The notes under the pieces are model-generated. The model saw only the letters and a program-made list of their open reading frames with translations. It was not told where the DNA came from and searched no databases. From a virus: 34,306 nucleotides of DNA. This document shows, piece by piece, positions 9,491-17,926 of this stretch. The stretch is taken from UHGV virus genome UHGV-0121572; one strand, written 5' to 3'. Made by a program: the position numbers and the translations under genes. The number at the start of each line of letters is the position of its first letter. The first letter of the stretch is position 1.

Positions 9491-9916
9491 CTACTTAATT
9501 GAGTCCAGTAACAAGTTACAGTTACTCTCATTGTAGAGAGAACGAGCAATTAGTGTTACCTGCTTTCCATTCATTCCCGGCTTATCCCATAACACAGCTT
9601 CTTGCGACGCCACAAATTCAGCATAATCAATTATGCGTTGTTCGTGATCTGGTTCCTCATAGCCAAAGTATGAGAGCGCATCGTTGTAAGCGTGGTAAGC
9701 TGCTTTCTGTAATATCTTGATATCGGCTGTAGGTACTTGCTCCGTGTAGCTAGGATCTAATTGTGTGCTACTGCCATAGAATGCACATGAAAGGTAAGAT
9801 ATTGATTTCTGTTGAGCTTTAGTTCCTTTCTCATAGTTTTTAGCTGTTACCGCCTGAACTGGGACGCTAACAAAGCTTGCAACCAGAATTAAAATTAATA
9901 CGTAAAAGCTTTTCAT
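9491..9916 (-). CDS. Secreted/periplasmic protein of unknown function (141 aa), cargo (moron) candidate
   Basis: N-terminal signal peptide MKSFYVLILILVASFVSVPVQA with A-x-A-like cleavage site; GAGG RBS; opposite strand to flanking phage genes. Confidence 0.6.
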   Translation of the reverse strand: MKSFYVLILILVASFVSVPVQAVTAKNYEKGTKAQQKSISYLSCAFYGSSTQLDPSYTEQVPTADIKILQKAAYHAYNDALSYFGYEEPDHEQRIIDYAEFVASQEAVLWDKPGMNGKQVTLIARSLYNESNCNLLLDSIK

Positions 9917-10189
9917 TTTGACCTCAGCCGAAACGTTAGAGAGACTATCGAAGTTTGTAAAACCCGTGGCGATTCAGTTTGAGATCCTCCCCCTTACATG
10001 ATTTTTAATCAAATATATGCTTTTGTAAGCATACCTGTTAACCGAATTATTCATTTTTAGAGATCTTCCGACATACTGATTATGCCCGCTGAGGAGTTCA
10101 CCTTGCGTAAAGTCCGATTCGCTTTACTCGTCTGTGCATGTCTATGCTGCATGAGATTGCATGATCGTTTGAGGATCGTTTTTGCTAAG

Positions 10190-10214
10190 GCCCGCCAGAA
10201 CTGGCGGGCTTTTG
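10190..10214 (+). terminator. Rho-independent terminator ending the early/SOS rightward transcription unit
   Basis: GC-rich hairpin GCCCGCC-AGAACT-GGCGGGC followed by TTTTG. Confidence 0.6.
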
Positions 10215-10258
10215 CGTAGATTATGCACCTGCATGAAAACCACTACATAAAGCGGGCA

Positions 10259-10277
10259 GGCGTGGCGGGGATACGAG
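10259..10277. other. Candidate cos site (cohesive-end region)
   Basis: GGCGTGGCGGGGA matches the first 13 nt of the 19-nt cohesive end of phage 186 as I recall it (P2 differs by one base there), followed by a GCGCGC block as in P2/186 cos; sits between the end of the early region and the portal/terminase cluster. Confidence 0.4.
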
Positions 10278-10289
10278 CGCGCGCCACAA

Positions 10290-10360
10290 CATATTGTAAA
10301 TATGGTGTTAATTACGTTATTATTATAACACATAGATTAATTCTTCGATGAGATAAAGGA
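10290..10360 (+). promoter_or_regulatory. AT-rich promoter-like region and RBS upstream of the ATPase-HNH operon
   Basis: TTGTAA (-35-like) and TATTAT (-10-like) hexamers but imperfect spacing; AAAGGAG RBS 6-12 nt before the ATG at 10366. Confidence 0.25.
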
Positions 10361-10365
10361 GTGTC

Positions 10366-11589
10366 ATGAAATATTCAATTGATAAATTGGTTCATAAAGA
10401 TGAATTTAATAACAATTTCGAAATTGACCTTGGAGGGAGAAATTTAATTATTACTGGTAATAATGGTTCGGGAAAGACAAATTTATTAAAAAGATTGTAT
10501 TCTGTTTTAGAGCAGAGATTGGTTAGTATAGGGGATAATACCTTAACGAAGGCCATAGAAAAGCTGAACGAAGCTGAGGAACAATTAAGGAAACGTTTGC
10601 CTGGTGATTCATTATATGATTATTTTCTTAAACAGAAGAACGAAGCTACAAGGTTTATTGATAATGAAAAGAAATTTTCAATAACTTTTAATGATGAGAG
10701 GGATTTCAAGGTTTCAATTCATGAAAGAAAATCAATCATCAGATTTTTCGAAGCAACGCGGCAGGCGAGTATACTAGGTGATGGATCTATCTCAGGGATG
10801 GAAAAATTACTTCAAGAACACAAACAGCTATCGCTGACCAAGGATTCAGGTATATTATTTGAACGCTATTTAGTCTCTTATTGGAACTACGGGTTGCTGC
10901 AGAAGGGAAGTGGGAATGATATAGAGGCTGAGCGTGTTTTCAGCTGGATAGAAAAAATAAATCAAGATTTGAAAGTGTTGTTTGAAGATGAGTCTTTAAC
11001 GCTTGATTTTAATCTGGCAGAATTACGTATTTACTTAAAACAAAACGGTAAAGCACCTTTCAGATTAGATCAATTGTCGTCAGGTTTTTCATCAGTACTA
11101 TCTATTTATGCGGATTTGTTAGTAAAAGTTGAACTTGAAAAACTCGCACGTCACGAAATTTCAGGGATCGTTTTGATTGATGAAATTGATGCACATCTTC
11201 ATGTCACCCTACAGAAAAAGGTTTTCTCGTTTTTTAGTTCAGCTTTCCCAAATATACAGTTTATAATAACAACTCACTCTCCATTTGTTGTTCAATCTGT
11301 ATCGGATTGTATTATTTTTAATTTATCCACTTTAGAAACAATGTACGATCTCTCTATGTATTCTTACACGTCAATTATAAAAGGATTGCTAGGGGAAACT
11401 TCAGAGTCTGACACTCTAAAAGAAAAAATTAAATTGTTGGAGTCAATTTATAACGATCAGCAAATTAATGTTTTAGAATTGCAGAAGGTAGTCGGAGAAC
11501 TTGAGCCATATATTGATAAGATGGATGCAGCTTCGAAAGTAAAAATAGCCCTAGCTCAGAATAAAATCATTGAGATTCTAGGGGGGTAA
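10366..11589 (+). CDS. ABC/AAA-type ATPase (AAA_15/AAA_21-like; Septu PtuA-like defence ATPase candidate)
   Basis: Walker A GNNGSGKT near N-terminus, ABC-signature-like LSSGF, Walker B VLIDEIDAHLH and H-loop TTHSP near C-terminus; visibly AT-rich; 5-bp gap to downstream HNH gene. Confidence 0.8.
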   Translation: MKYSIDKLVHKDEFNNNFEIDLGGRNLIITGNNGSGKTNLLKRLYSVLEQRLVSIGDNTLTKAIEKLNEAEEQLRKRLPGDSLYDYFLKQKNEATRFIDNEKKFSITFNDERDFKVSIHERKSIIRFFEATRQASILGDGSISGMEKLLQEHKQLSLTKDSGILFERYLVSYWNYGLLQKGSGNDIEAERVFSWIEKINQDLKVLFEDESLTLDFNLAELRIYLKQNGKAPFRLDQLSSGFSSVLSIYADLLVKVELEKLARHEISGIVLIDEIDAHLHVTLQKKVFSFFSSAFPNIQFIITTHSPFVVQSVSDCIIFNLSTLETMYDLSMYSYTSIIKGLLGETSESDTLKEKIKLLESIYNDQQINVLELQKVVGELEPYIDKMDAASKVKIALAQNKIIEILGG

Positions 11590-11594
11590 TTATT

Positions 11595-12266
11595 ATGTTT
11601 AATGTTTCTAGGGTTGCTCCAGCCCCTGCCTGTTTAGCCCGTAAGACTTATAATGATCCTACGGTTGTTGCCGCGTTAAAAAGTATGTTCTTTGGTAAGT
11701 GTTATTTATGTGAGCAAGTTGATCTTACCGATCCAGAGATTGAGCATTTTACTCCTCATCAGGGCGATACATTGCTAAAATATAGCTGGGAGAATTTATT
11801 TTATTCTTGTCGTCGTTGTAATAGTATTAAAGGCACTCGACATACTAATATTCTAAATTGTACGGATTCCAGTGTAAATGTCACCAACGAGATTGTACAT
11901 ATATTACCGGGGATTAGCTCTGAAAGGGTAACTGTTCGTCCTTTTTCTTCAAATCCTAGCCAAGAGACATTAAATACAGTAGCGTTGCTTGATGAATGTT
12001 ATAATTTAGACAATACAGGTTTGCGTGGTATTACGCGAGAAAATTTAATGGAAAAAATTTTTGACCATTATTATGAGTATATAAATGTTAGACGAGTGCT
12101 GATCACTAGAACTAGTATACAGAGTAGAATCGATGAAGCTATTGAAACACTAAAAATAATGTGTAACCCAAAATATCCTTTTTCAGCGTTTTGGGTATGG
12201 CATTTTAAGCTCGATGTTCGGCTACATGAGTTACGGCCTGAGGTTTTAGAGGTTATTGACGTGTAG
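11595..12266 (+). CDS. HNH endonuclease (Septu PtuB-like nuclease candidate)
   Basis: CxxC…EH…N…CxxCN arrangement (…GKCYLCEQVDLTDPEIEHFTPHQG…WENLFYSCRRCNS…) typical of zinc-bound HNH nucleases; GGGGG RBS; co-oriented with upstream ATPase. Confidence 0.75.
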   Translation: MFNVSRVAPAPACLARKTYNDPTVVAALKSMFFGKCYLCEQVDLTDPEIEHFTPHQGDTLLKYSWENLFYSCRRCNSIKGTRHTNILNCTDSSVNVTNEIVHILPGISSERVTVRPFSSNPSQETLNTVALLDECYNLDNTGLRGITRENLMEKIFDHYYEYINVRRVLITRTSIQSRIDEAIETLKIMCNPKYPFSAFWVWHFKLDVRLHELRPEVLEVIDV

Positions 12267-12276
12267 ATGAGTTTTT

Positions 12277-12305
12277 GCGCCTGCGTATGCAGGCGCGATT
12301 TTTTT
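12277..12305. terminator. Bidirectional rho-independent terminator between the HNH gene and the portal gene
   Basis: Hairpin GCGCCTGC-GTAT-GCAGGCGC flanked by T-runs on both sides (GAGTTTTT … GATTTTTTT); convergent gene ends at 12266 (+) and 12320 (-). Confidence 0.6.
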
Positions 12306-12319
12306 AACTTACTATCATT

Positions 12320-13363
12320 TTATATGATACTACCGAACAATTCATAGGGGATAAAGTTGATAACTATTTGTCCCAGTCGATTATTTAATTCTTTCATTCG
12401 TTCTTGAAGGGGAATGAGTTCATTTCGCACAAAAACTCGACTCGCCTTCTCCACATCCCCAAATCCCCCGACATTATTTGGCATAATTCCCATCATCTGA
12501 GGCGGTACGCGGTGCGCAGCCATCATGTCATCGCGGCTGACATTTTTGATATTCAGAAACTCATCCTTCGCCGCGACCTCTGACAACGGGATAATCTGAA
12601 GCCCGTCTTTTTTGCCGTTAGGCGAGTACATAAACAGGTTGCGGAAGTTACCCGGTCCTTTGGCGCTTTTCATCGCGTTGCGGAGGTTGTTCACGTCCTC
12701 CTGGTTCTGCGCGGCATCGGTCATGTACATGATGAAGCCCGCATGACTGCCGTTAATGTAATACTTGCGACGGAACAGCGTGGCGGACTCATTGAGCAGG
12801 GCTGACGGAATAGCAGAAAGATAGCCGGGCAGGCCATAGATCTCCTGATTTATGTCCGGTTCCATCAGATGGAAAATGCTGCCTTTCGTGAACTGATACG
12901 GCTGCGTGGTCATGCCGTATTGCACAAACCAGTAGGTATCCAGGTCTAACCCGCGTCGGGTGTATTTTGCCAGCGCAGGTTCAAGGGCGATAACTTCACC
13001 GAAGCGGTTCGTGCGTTTCTCCAGATAGGCGTTACCAAATACCAGATAGTCCTGTACAAAACGCGAAAAAGCCTGTTGGCTGAGCAGCGGATGAGGGATA
13101 TAGGTACTGGTCAGAATGTTGCACTTTACTGCAATCGGGGAACTGTGATGCACGGCAGCGCGGAAGGTGCGCGCCAGTCCGTCAAAGCTGACGGGCGGCT
13201 CATACCAACGGTCCATCTGTACGCATTCCACATAGTCCAGTAATTCTCGGCGGTCCAGAACTGGAACGGGATCGCCGAAGCTGAATGCTTCGGCTGTAGT
13301 CTGGTTTTTATGCTGGATCTGATTCGTCGCCGCAGTGCGGTTTTTCTTACTCTTTCCCATCAA
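12320..13363 (-). CDS. Q: Portal protein (P2 gpQ family)
   Basis: 347-aa ORF in the conserved leftward Q-P pair, start overlapping the stop of the terminase ATPase gene; size and context match P2 Q. Confidence 0.85.
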   Translation of the reverse strand: MMGKSKKNRTAATNQIQHKNQTTAEAFSFGDPVPVLDRRELLDYVECVQMDRWYEPPVSFDGLARTFRAAVHHSSPIAVKCNILTSTYIPHPLLSQQAFSRFVQDYLVFGNAYLEKRTNRFGEVIALEPALAKYTRRGLDLDTYWFVQYGMTTQPYQFTKGSIFHLMEPDINQEIYGLPGYLSAIPSALLNESATLFRRKYYINGSHAGFIMYMTDAAQNQEDVNNLRNAMKSAKGPGNFRNLFMYSPNGKKDGLQIIPLSEVAAKDEFLNIKNVSRDDMMAAHRVPPQMMGIMPNNVGGFGDVEKASRVFVRNELIPLQERMKELNNRLGQIVINFIPYELFGSII

Positions 13364-15126
13364 AAAATCTCCACAATATTGCTGGTATTGGCGGACTCGC
13401 CCTGCAGCGGTTCGTTAAACAGTGCGTGCATCGTTGCCCAGGCCAGATCGGCGTGGCTGGCTTCTTCGCTGCGGCTGGCTTCATAGGTTGGGCGGTTGCC
13501 ACTGGCGGTGGTTGCGCGACGGATTGCCATGAATGACTGCGCAATGTCGGTGTGCCCGGCGTCAAACTCCAGACGGCGGTGGCTGATAATGTCGTAGGCC
13601 TTGAGTACCAGGGCGTTTTTAACGTTGGGGTTGTAGACAAACTCCCGGACGGCAGGAAAGAACGCTTTCACGTTCTCGTAAACCCCGTGACCAACGCCGG
13701 TTGAGTCGATACCGATATAAGTCACGTTGTACTGTTCGGTCAGTTTTTTGATGGCGTCAGCCTGGGCGCGAAAGTCCATTCCGCGCCACTGGTGACGCTC
13801 AAGAATGCGGAACTTGCCGCCCGGCACGGCTGGCGGAGCCACCACCACGCATCCGGCGCTGTCGCCATTCTGCGTACCTTTCGCCGGGTCATAACCGATC
13901 CATACTTCGCGCCAGCCAAACGGGCGCAGGGCCAGTGCATGAAAGTCAGTCCAGACTTCCCAGCTGTCTACCATGCACGCCTGCAGCTCGCTGAGCGGGA
14001 ACACGGACGCGAGATCGTCCACAAACTCGCACATCAGCAGGTTCTGGTATTCGTCCGGGCTGTACTCCATGCGCAACTGGTCAAGGTCGAACAGGTTACA
14101 GCCGCCGCGCACCGCATCTTCCACGGTGACTATCTGGCGGTATTGCCCGTCTGCGCACAGCAGGCCCGGGGCCAGATTGCTGTGGGACAGGTCGATGTCC
14201 ACCTTATCGGCTTTGTTGCGCCCACGGTTGAACAGCGCACCGGACCAGAACGGATAAGCACTGTGGGTCAGGCTGGATGGCGTGGAAAAATAGGTTTGTC
14301 GCCATTTTTTGTGAATAGCCATACCGGAAGCCACTTTGCGCAGCTCCTGGAATTTCGGTATCCAGAAATATTCATCCAGATACAGGTTGCCGTGGTAACT
14401 CTGGGCCGTGCGGGCATTGGTGCCGAGGAAGTAAAGCGTGGCCCCGTTAGGAAGCACCATCGGATCGCCTTTCAGCTCCACCTCGACTTCTTTGGCGAAG
14501 TCGATGATGTACTGCTTAAAGACGTGAGCCTGTGCCTTACTGGCAGAAAGGAAAATCTGGTTACGTCCGGTCAGCAGGGCGTCAATCAGGGCTTCACGGG
14601 CAAAGTAAAAGGTCGCGCCGATCTGGCGTGACTTCAGCAGGTTGCGGATGCGGTTGGTTTTTCCGGCTTCCCACCAGTGGCGCTGGTAGTTGAACATGGA
14701 GGAATGGAAGATTTCCTCCAGCTTTTCAATCTGTTCATCGGTGAAAACGTTCTTTTCCGGCTGACGACGCGGGCCTTTGTTGCGGTTGGCGACGTTAGGG
14801 TTTAAGTCGGCTTCGTTGCCGCCATTGTTAAACTTGCCGATCCGCGCATGGCGCTCCGACTGGCGCGCCAGCAGGTCAATCTCTTTGAAATCTTTCCCTT
14901 CTTTGTGCTCCTTCATAATGAGCTGGCAGTAGCGGGCGGCGGTGGTGAGCTGCATCTGATCCAGCGGCCCATAGTCACCCCACTTGTCGCGTTTCTTCCA
15001 GCTGTGAACGGTTGCAACTTTCTCGCCCAGCATTTCAGCAATGCGGGCTACGCGGTATCCCTGAAAGTACAGCAGCATGGCCTGCCGACGGGGATCGAGA
15101 TCTGCGGGTGTCAGTGTGGTGTTCAT
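13360..15126 (-). CDS. P: Terminase large (ATPase) subunit (P2 gpP family)
   Basis: 588-aa ORF divergent from the O-N-M-L operon; typical P2 P size and position. Confidence 0.85.
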   Translation of the reverse strand: MNTTLTPADLDPRRQAMLLYFQGYRVARIAEMLGEKVATVHSWKKRDKWGDYGPLDQMQLTTAARYCQLIMKEHKEGKDFKEIDLLARQSERHARIGKFNNGGNEADLNPNVANRNKGPRRQPEKNVFTDEQIEKLEEIFHSSMFNYQRHWWEAGKTNRIRNLLKSRQIGATFYFAREALIDALLTGRNQIFLSASKAQAHVFKQYIIDFAKEVEVELKGDPMVLPNGATLYFLGTNARTAQSYHGNLYLDEYFWIPKFQELRKVASGMAIHKKWRQTYFSTPSSLTHSAYPFWSGALFNRGRNKADKVDIDLSHSNLAPGLLCADGQYRQIVTVEDAVRGGCNLFDLDQLRMEYSPDEYQNLLMCEFVDDLASVFPLSELQACMVDSWEVWTDFHALALRPFGWREVWIGYDPAKGTQNGDSAGCVVVAPPAVPGGKFRILERHQWRGMDFRAQADAIKKLTEQYNVTYIGIDSTGVGHGVYENVKAFFPAVREFVYNPNVKNALVLKAYDIISHRRLEFDAGHTDIAQSFMAIRRATTASGNRPTYEASRSEEASHADLAWATMHALFNEPLQGESANTSNIVEIF

Positions 15127-15172
15127 GGCACAAACCTACAGCCTTGAATGAAGGCTTTCCCCGCCTGCGGTT

Positions 15173-15190
15173 TGTGTGGTTGTCGGTACA
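15173..15190. promoter_or_regulatory. Late-promoter activator site (TGT-N12-ACA, Ogr/B-type) in the P/O divergent intergenic region
   Basis: TGTGTGGTTGTCGGTACA centred ~87 bp upstream of the O start; P2/186 late promoters use a TGT-N12-ACA dyad bound by the zinc-finger activator Ogr/B. Confidence 0.45.
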
Positions 15191-15268
15191 AATACCGCGC
15201 ATTGTTTCACTACCCCCATCACCGCAACCATAAGGCTCCAGTAAGTTTTTTCTAACGGAGCACGGCTC

Positions 15269-16102
15269 ATGACAGTGAAAGCAAAGCGTTTTCGCATCGG
15301 GGTGGAAGGTGCCACCACCGACGGACGCGAAATCCAGCGTGAATGGCTGGAACAGATGGCAGCCAGCTACAACCCGGCGGTGTATACCGCGCTGATTAAC
15401 CTTGAGCACATCAAGTCTTATCTGCCGGACAGCACCTTTAACCGCTACGGCAAGGTGACGGCGCTGTTTGCTGAAGAAATAACGGAAGGTCCGCTGGCAG
15501 GAAAGATGGCGCTGTATGCCGATGTTGAGCCAACGGAGTCCCTGGTGGAGCTGGTGAAAAAAGGCCAGAAATTATTCACCTCTATGGAAGTCAGCCCGAA
15601 GTTTGCTGATACGGGCAAAGCCTACCTGGTCGGCCTGGCTGCCACTGATGACCCTGCCAGTCTGGGTACGGAAATGCTGACATTCAGCGCCAGTGCAGCC
15701 CATAACCCGCTGGCAAACCGCAAGCAGAATCCCGCCAATCTCTTTACCGCTGCAGAGGAAACGGTGATCGAACTGGAAGAAATCCAGGACGACAAACCGT
15801 CCCTGTTTGCCCGCGTCACGGCGCTGTTTACCAAAAAAGAGCAGTCAGACGATGCCCGGTTCTCTGATGTGCATAAGGCCGTGGAGCTGGTCGCCACTGA
15901 GCAGCAAAACCTGAGCGGACGCACCGAAAAATCCCTGTCTGAGCAGGAAGAACGCCTGTCTGAGCTGGAGACTGCTCTGCAGGAGCAGCAAACCGCCTTT
16001 AACGAACTGGTGAATAAGCTGAGTCATGAAGACAGCCGCCAGGACTACCGCCAGCGTGCAACAGGCGGTAACGCCCCCGCTGACACTCTGACCAATTGCT
16101 GA
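15269..16102 (+). CDS. O: Capsid scaffolding protein (P2 gpO family)
   Basis: N-terminus (…RFRIGVEGATTDGREI…NLEHIKSYLPD…) and LVGLAATDDPASLGTE block match P2 O as recalled. Confidence 0.9.
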   Translation: MTVKAKRFRIGVEGATTDGREIQREWLEQMAASYNPAVYTALINLEHIKSYLPDSTFNRYGKVTALFAEEITEGPLAGKMALYADVEPTESLVELVKKGQKLFTSMEVSPKFADTGKAYLVGLAATDDPASLGTEMLTFSASAAHNPLANRKQNPANLFTAAEETVIELEEIQDDKPSLFARVTALFTKKEQSDDARFSDVHKAVELVATEQQNLSGRTEKSLSEQEERLSELETALQEQQTAFNELVNKLSHEDSRQDYRQRATGGNAPADTLTNC

Positions 16103-16118
16103 TGGAGCACAAAACCCG

Positions 16119-17177
16119 ATGAAGAAGAATACCCGCTTTGCTTTTAACGCTTATCTGCAGCAGCTGGCGCGTCTGAACGGTGTGGCAGTTGAAGAACTGT
16201 CCAGCAAGTTCACCGTAGAGCCGTCTGTGCAGCAGACGCTGGAAGACCAGATCCAGCAGTCCGCCTCTTTCCTGACGCTGATTAACGTCACGCCAGTGAC
16301 TGAGCAGTCTGGTCAGTTGCTGGGGCTGGGTGTTGGCAGCACCATTGCCGGAACCACTGATACCGCAGCTAAAGAGCGTGAGCCTGTCGATCCGACGCTG
16401 ATGGTCGATGTGGAATATAAATGCGAGCAGACCAACTTTGACACGGTGCTGACCTACGCGAAGCTGGATCTGTGGGCGAAGTTTCAGGATTTCCAGGTGC
16501 GCATCCGTGACGCCATCGTGAAACGTCAGGCACTGGACCGCATCATGATCGGCTTTAACGGCGTGAAGCGTGCGAAAACCTCCAACCGTAGCGAAAACCC
16601 GCTGCTGCAGGATGTGAATAAAGGCTGGCTGCAGAAAATCCGTGAGGATGCACCGGATCACGTCATGGGCAGCACCACCACGGGCGGTGAAACCACACCG
16701 GGCGCAGTGAAAGTCGGGAAAGGTGGCGAATATGCCAACCTGGACGCGGTGGTGATGGATGCCGTCAATGAGCTTATCGACGTGGTCTACCAGGACGATG
16801 ACGATCTGGTGGTGATTTGCGGGCGTGAACTGCTGTCTGACAAGTATTTCCCGCTGGTCAACAAAGAGCAGGAAAACAGTGAAAAACTGGCTGCCGATAT
16901 GATCATCAGTCAGAAACGCATGGGTGGCCTGCAGGCGGTGCGTGCGCCGTTCTTCCCGCCGAATGCACTGCTGATCACCCGTCTGGATAACCTGTCCATC
17001 TACTGGCAGGAAGATACCCGCCGCCGTTCAGTTATCGACAACCCGAAACGTGACCGGATTGAAAATTTTGAATCCGTTAACGAAGCCTATGTGGTTGAGG
17101 ACTACCGCTGCGCTGCACTGGTGGAAAACATCCAGATTGGTGACTTCAGCGCCGCCGCAGCAGAAACCGGAGCGTAA
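16119..17177 (+). CDS. N: Major capsid protein (P2 gpN family)
   Basis: Strong recalled similarity to P2 N (…RFAFNAYL…FTVEPSV…NKEQENSEKLAADMIISQKR…ENFESVN…). Confidence 0.9.
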   Translation: MKKNTRFAFNAYLQQLARLNGVAVEELSSKFTVEPSVQQTLEDQIQQSASFLTLINVTPVTEQSGQLLGLGVGSTIAGTTDTAAKEREPVDPTLMVDVEYKCEQTNFDTVLTYAKLDLWAKFQDFQVRIRDAIVKRQALDRIMIGFNGVKRAKTSNRSENPLLQDVNKGWLQKIREDAPDHVMGSTTTGGETTPGAVKVGKGGEYANLDAVVMDAVNELIDVVYQDDDDLVVICGRELLSDKYFPLVNKEQENSEKLAADMIISQKRMGGLQAVRAPFFPPNALLITRLDNLSIYWQEDTRRRSVIDNPKRDRIENFESVNEAYVVEDYRCAALVENIQIGDFSAAAAETGA

Positions 17178-17180
17178 TTC

Positions 17181-17831
17181 ATGAGCCTGAGTCCCGCACG
17201 GCAGCATCGCCTGCGCGTTCAGGCTGAACAGGCCGCTCGCGAGGGGGGCAGTGTTCGCCACGCGTCGGGCTATGACCTGATGCTGCTGCAACTGGCGGAA
17301 GACCGCCGCCGTCTCAAGGGCGTTCAGTCCACGGTCAAAAAAGCGGAAATCAAGGTGGAGCTGCTGCCGAAATATGCCGCCTGGGCGGAGGGCGTTCTGG
17401 CTGCCGGAGGCGCTCAACAGGATGACGTGCTGATGTACGTGATGCTGTGGCGCATTGATGCTGGAGATTATGCCGGGGCGCTGGAGATCGGGCGTCATGC
17501 CCTGCGTCATGGCTGGGTGATGCCGCTGGGTAACCGCAACGTGCAGACCGTGCTGGCAGAGGAAATGGCAGACGCGGCGCAGAGCGCAATGCTTGCCGCC
17601 ACCGGCTTTGATGCCGATCTGTTGCTGCAGACGCTGGAGCTGACAGACGGTCTGGATATGCCGGACCAGTCACGGGCGCGTCTGCATAAAGCGATTGGCG
17701 CTGTCCTGAGTGAAAGCAACCCGGCTTCCGCCCTTAATCATCTCAACCATGCGTTACAGCTCGATCCCCGCTGTGGCGTGAAAAAAGACAAACAGCAGCT
17801 GGAGCGCAGACTGCGCAATGACAGCCGCTGA
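17181..17831 (+). CDS. M: Terminase small/endonuclease subunit (P2 gpM family)
   Basis: 216-aa ORF directly after N in the conserved O-N-M-L order. Confidence 0.8.
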   Translation: MSLSPARQHRLRVQAEQAAREGGSVRHASGYDLMLLQLAEDRRRLKGVQSTVKKAEIKVELLPKYAAWAEGVLAAGGAQQDDVLMYVMLWRIDAGDYAGALEIGRHALRHGWVMPLGNRNVQTVLAEEMADAAQSAMLAATGFDADLLLQTLELTDGLDMPDQSRARLHKAIGAVLSESNPASALNHLNHALQLDPRCGVKKDKQQLERRLRNDSR

Positions 17832-17926
17832 CAGAACGTGCCCCCGCGCACGGGCGGCACGGGGTGGCGAAAGGCACTGCCACATCAAAACCCCGTCCAC
17901 CGCCCTCTATTTCAGGAGAAAGCAGC

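Noticed and set aside
11595-12266. Interpretation of the HNH protein as a packaging-associated HNH endonuclease of the terminase machinery
   Set aside because: P2-like phages package with M and P terminase subunits without a dedicated HNH; this HNH is in an AT-rich operon with an ABC-type ATPase and separated from the terminase genes by the portal gene, so a defence role is more parsimonious. Kept as an alternative to test.
13792-14631. 279-aa ORF on the + strand inside the terminase P gene
   Set aside because: Antisense to the well-supported P gene; no RBS context; typical shadow ORF in GC-rich coding DNA.
15999-16661. 220-aa ORF on the - strand overlapping O and N
   Set aside because: Antisense to two conserved late genes; rejected as a shadow ORF.
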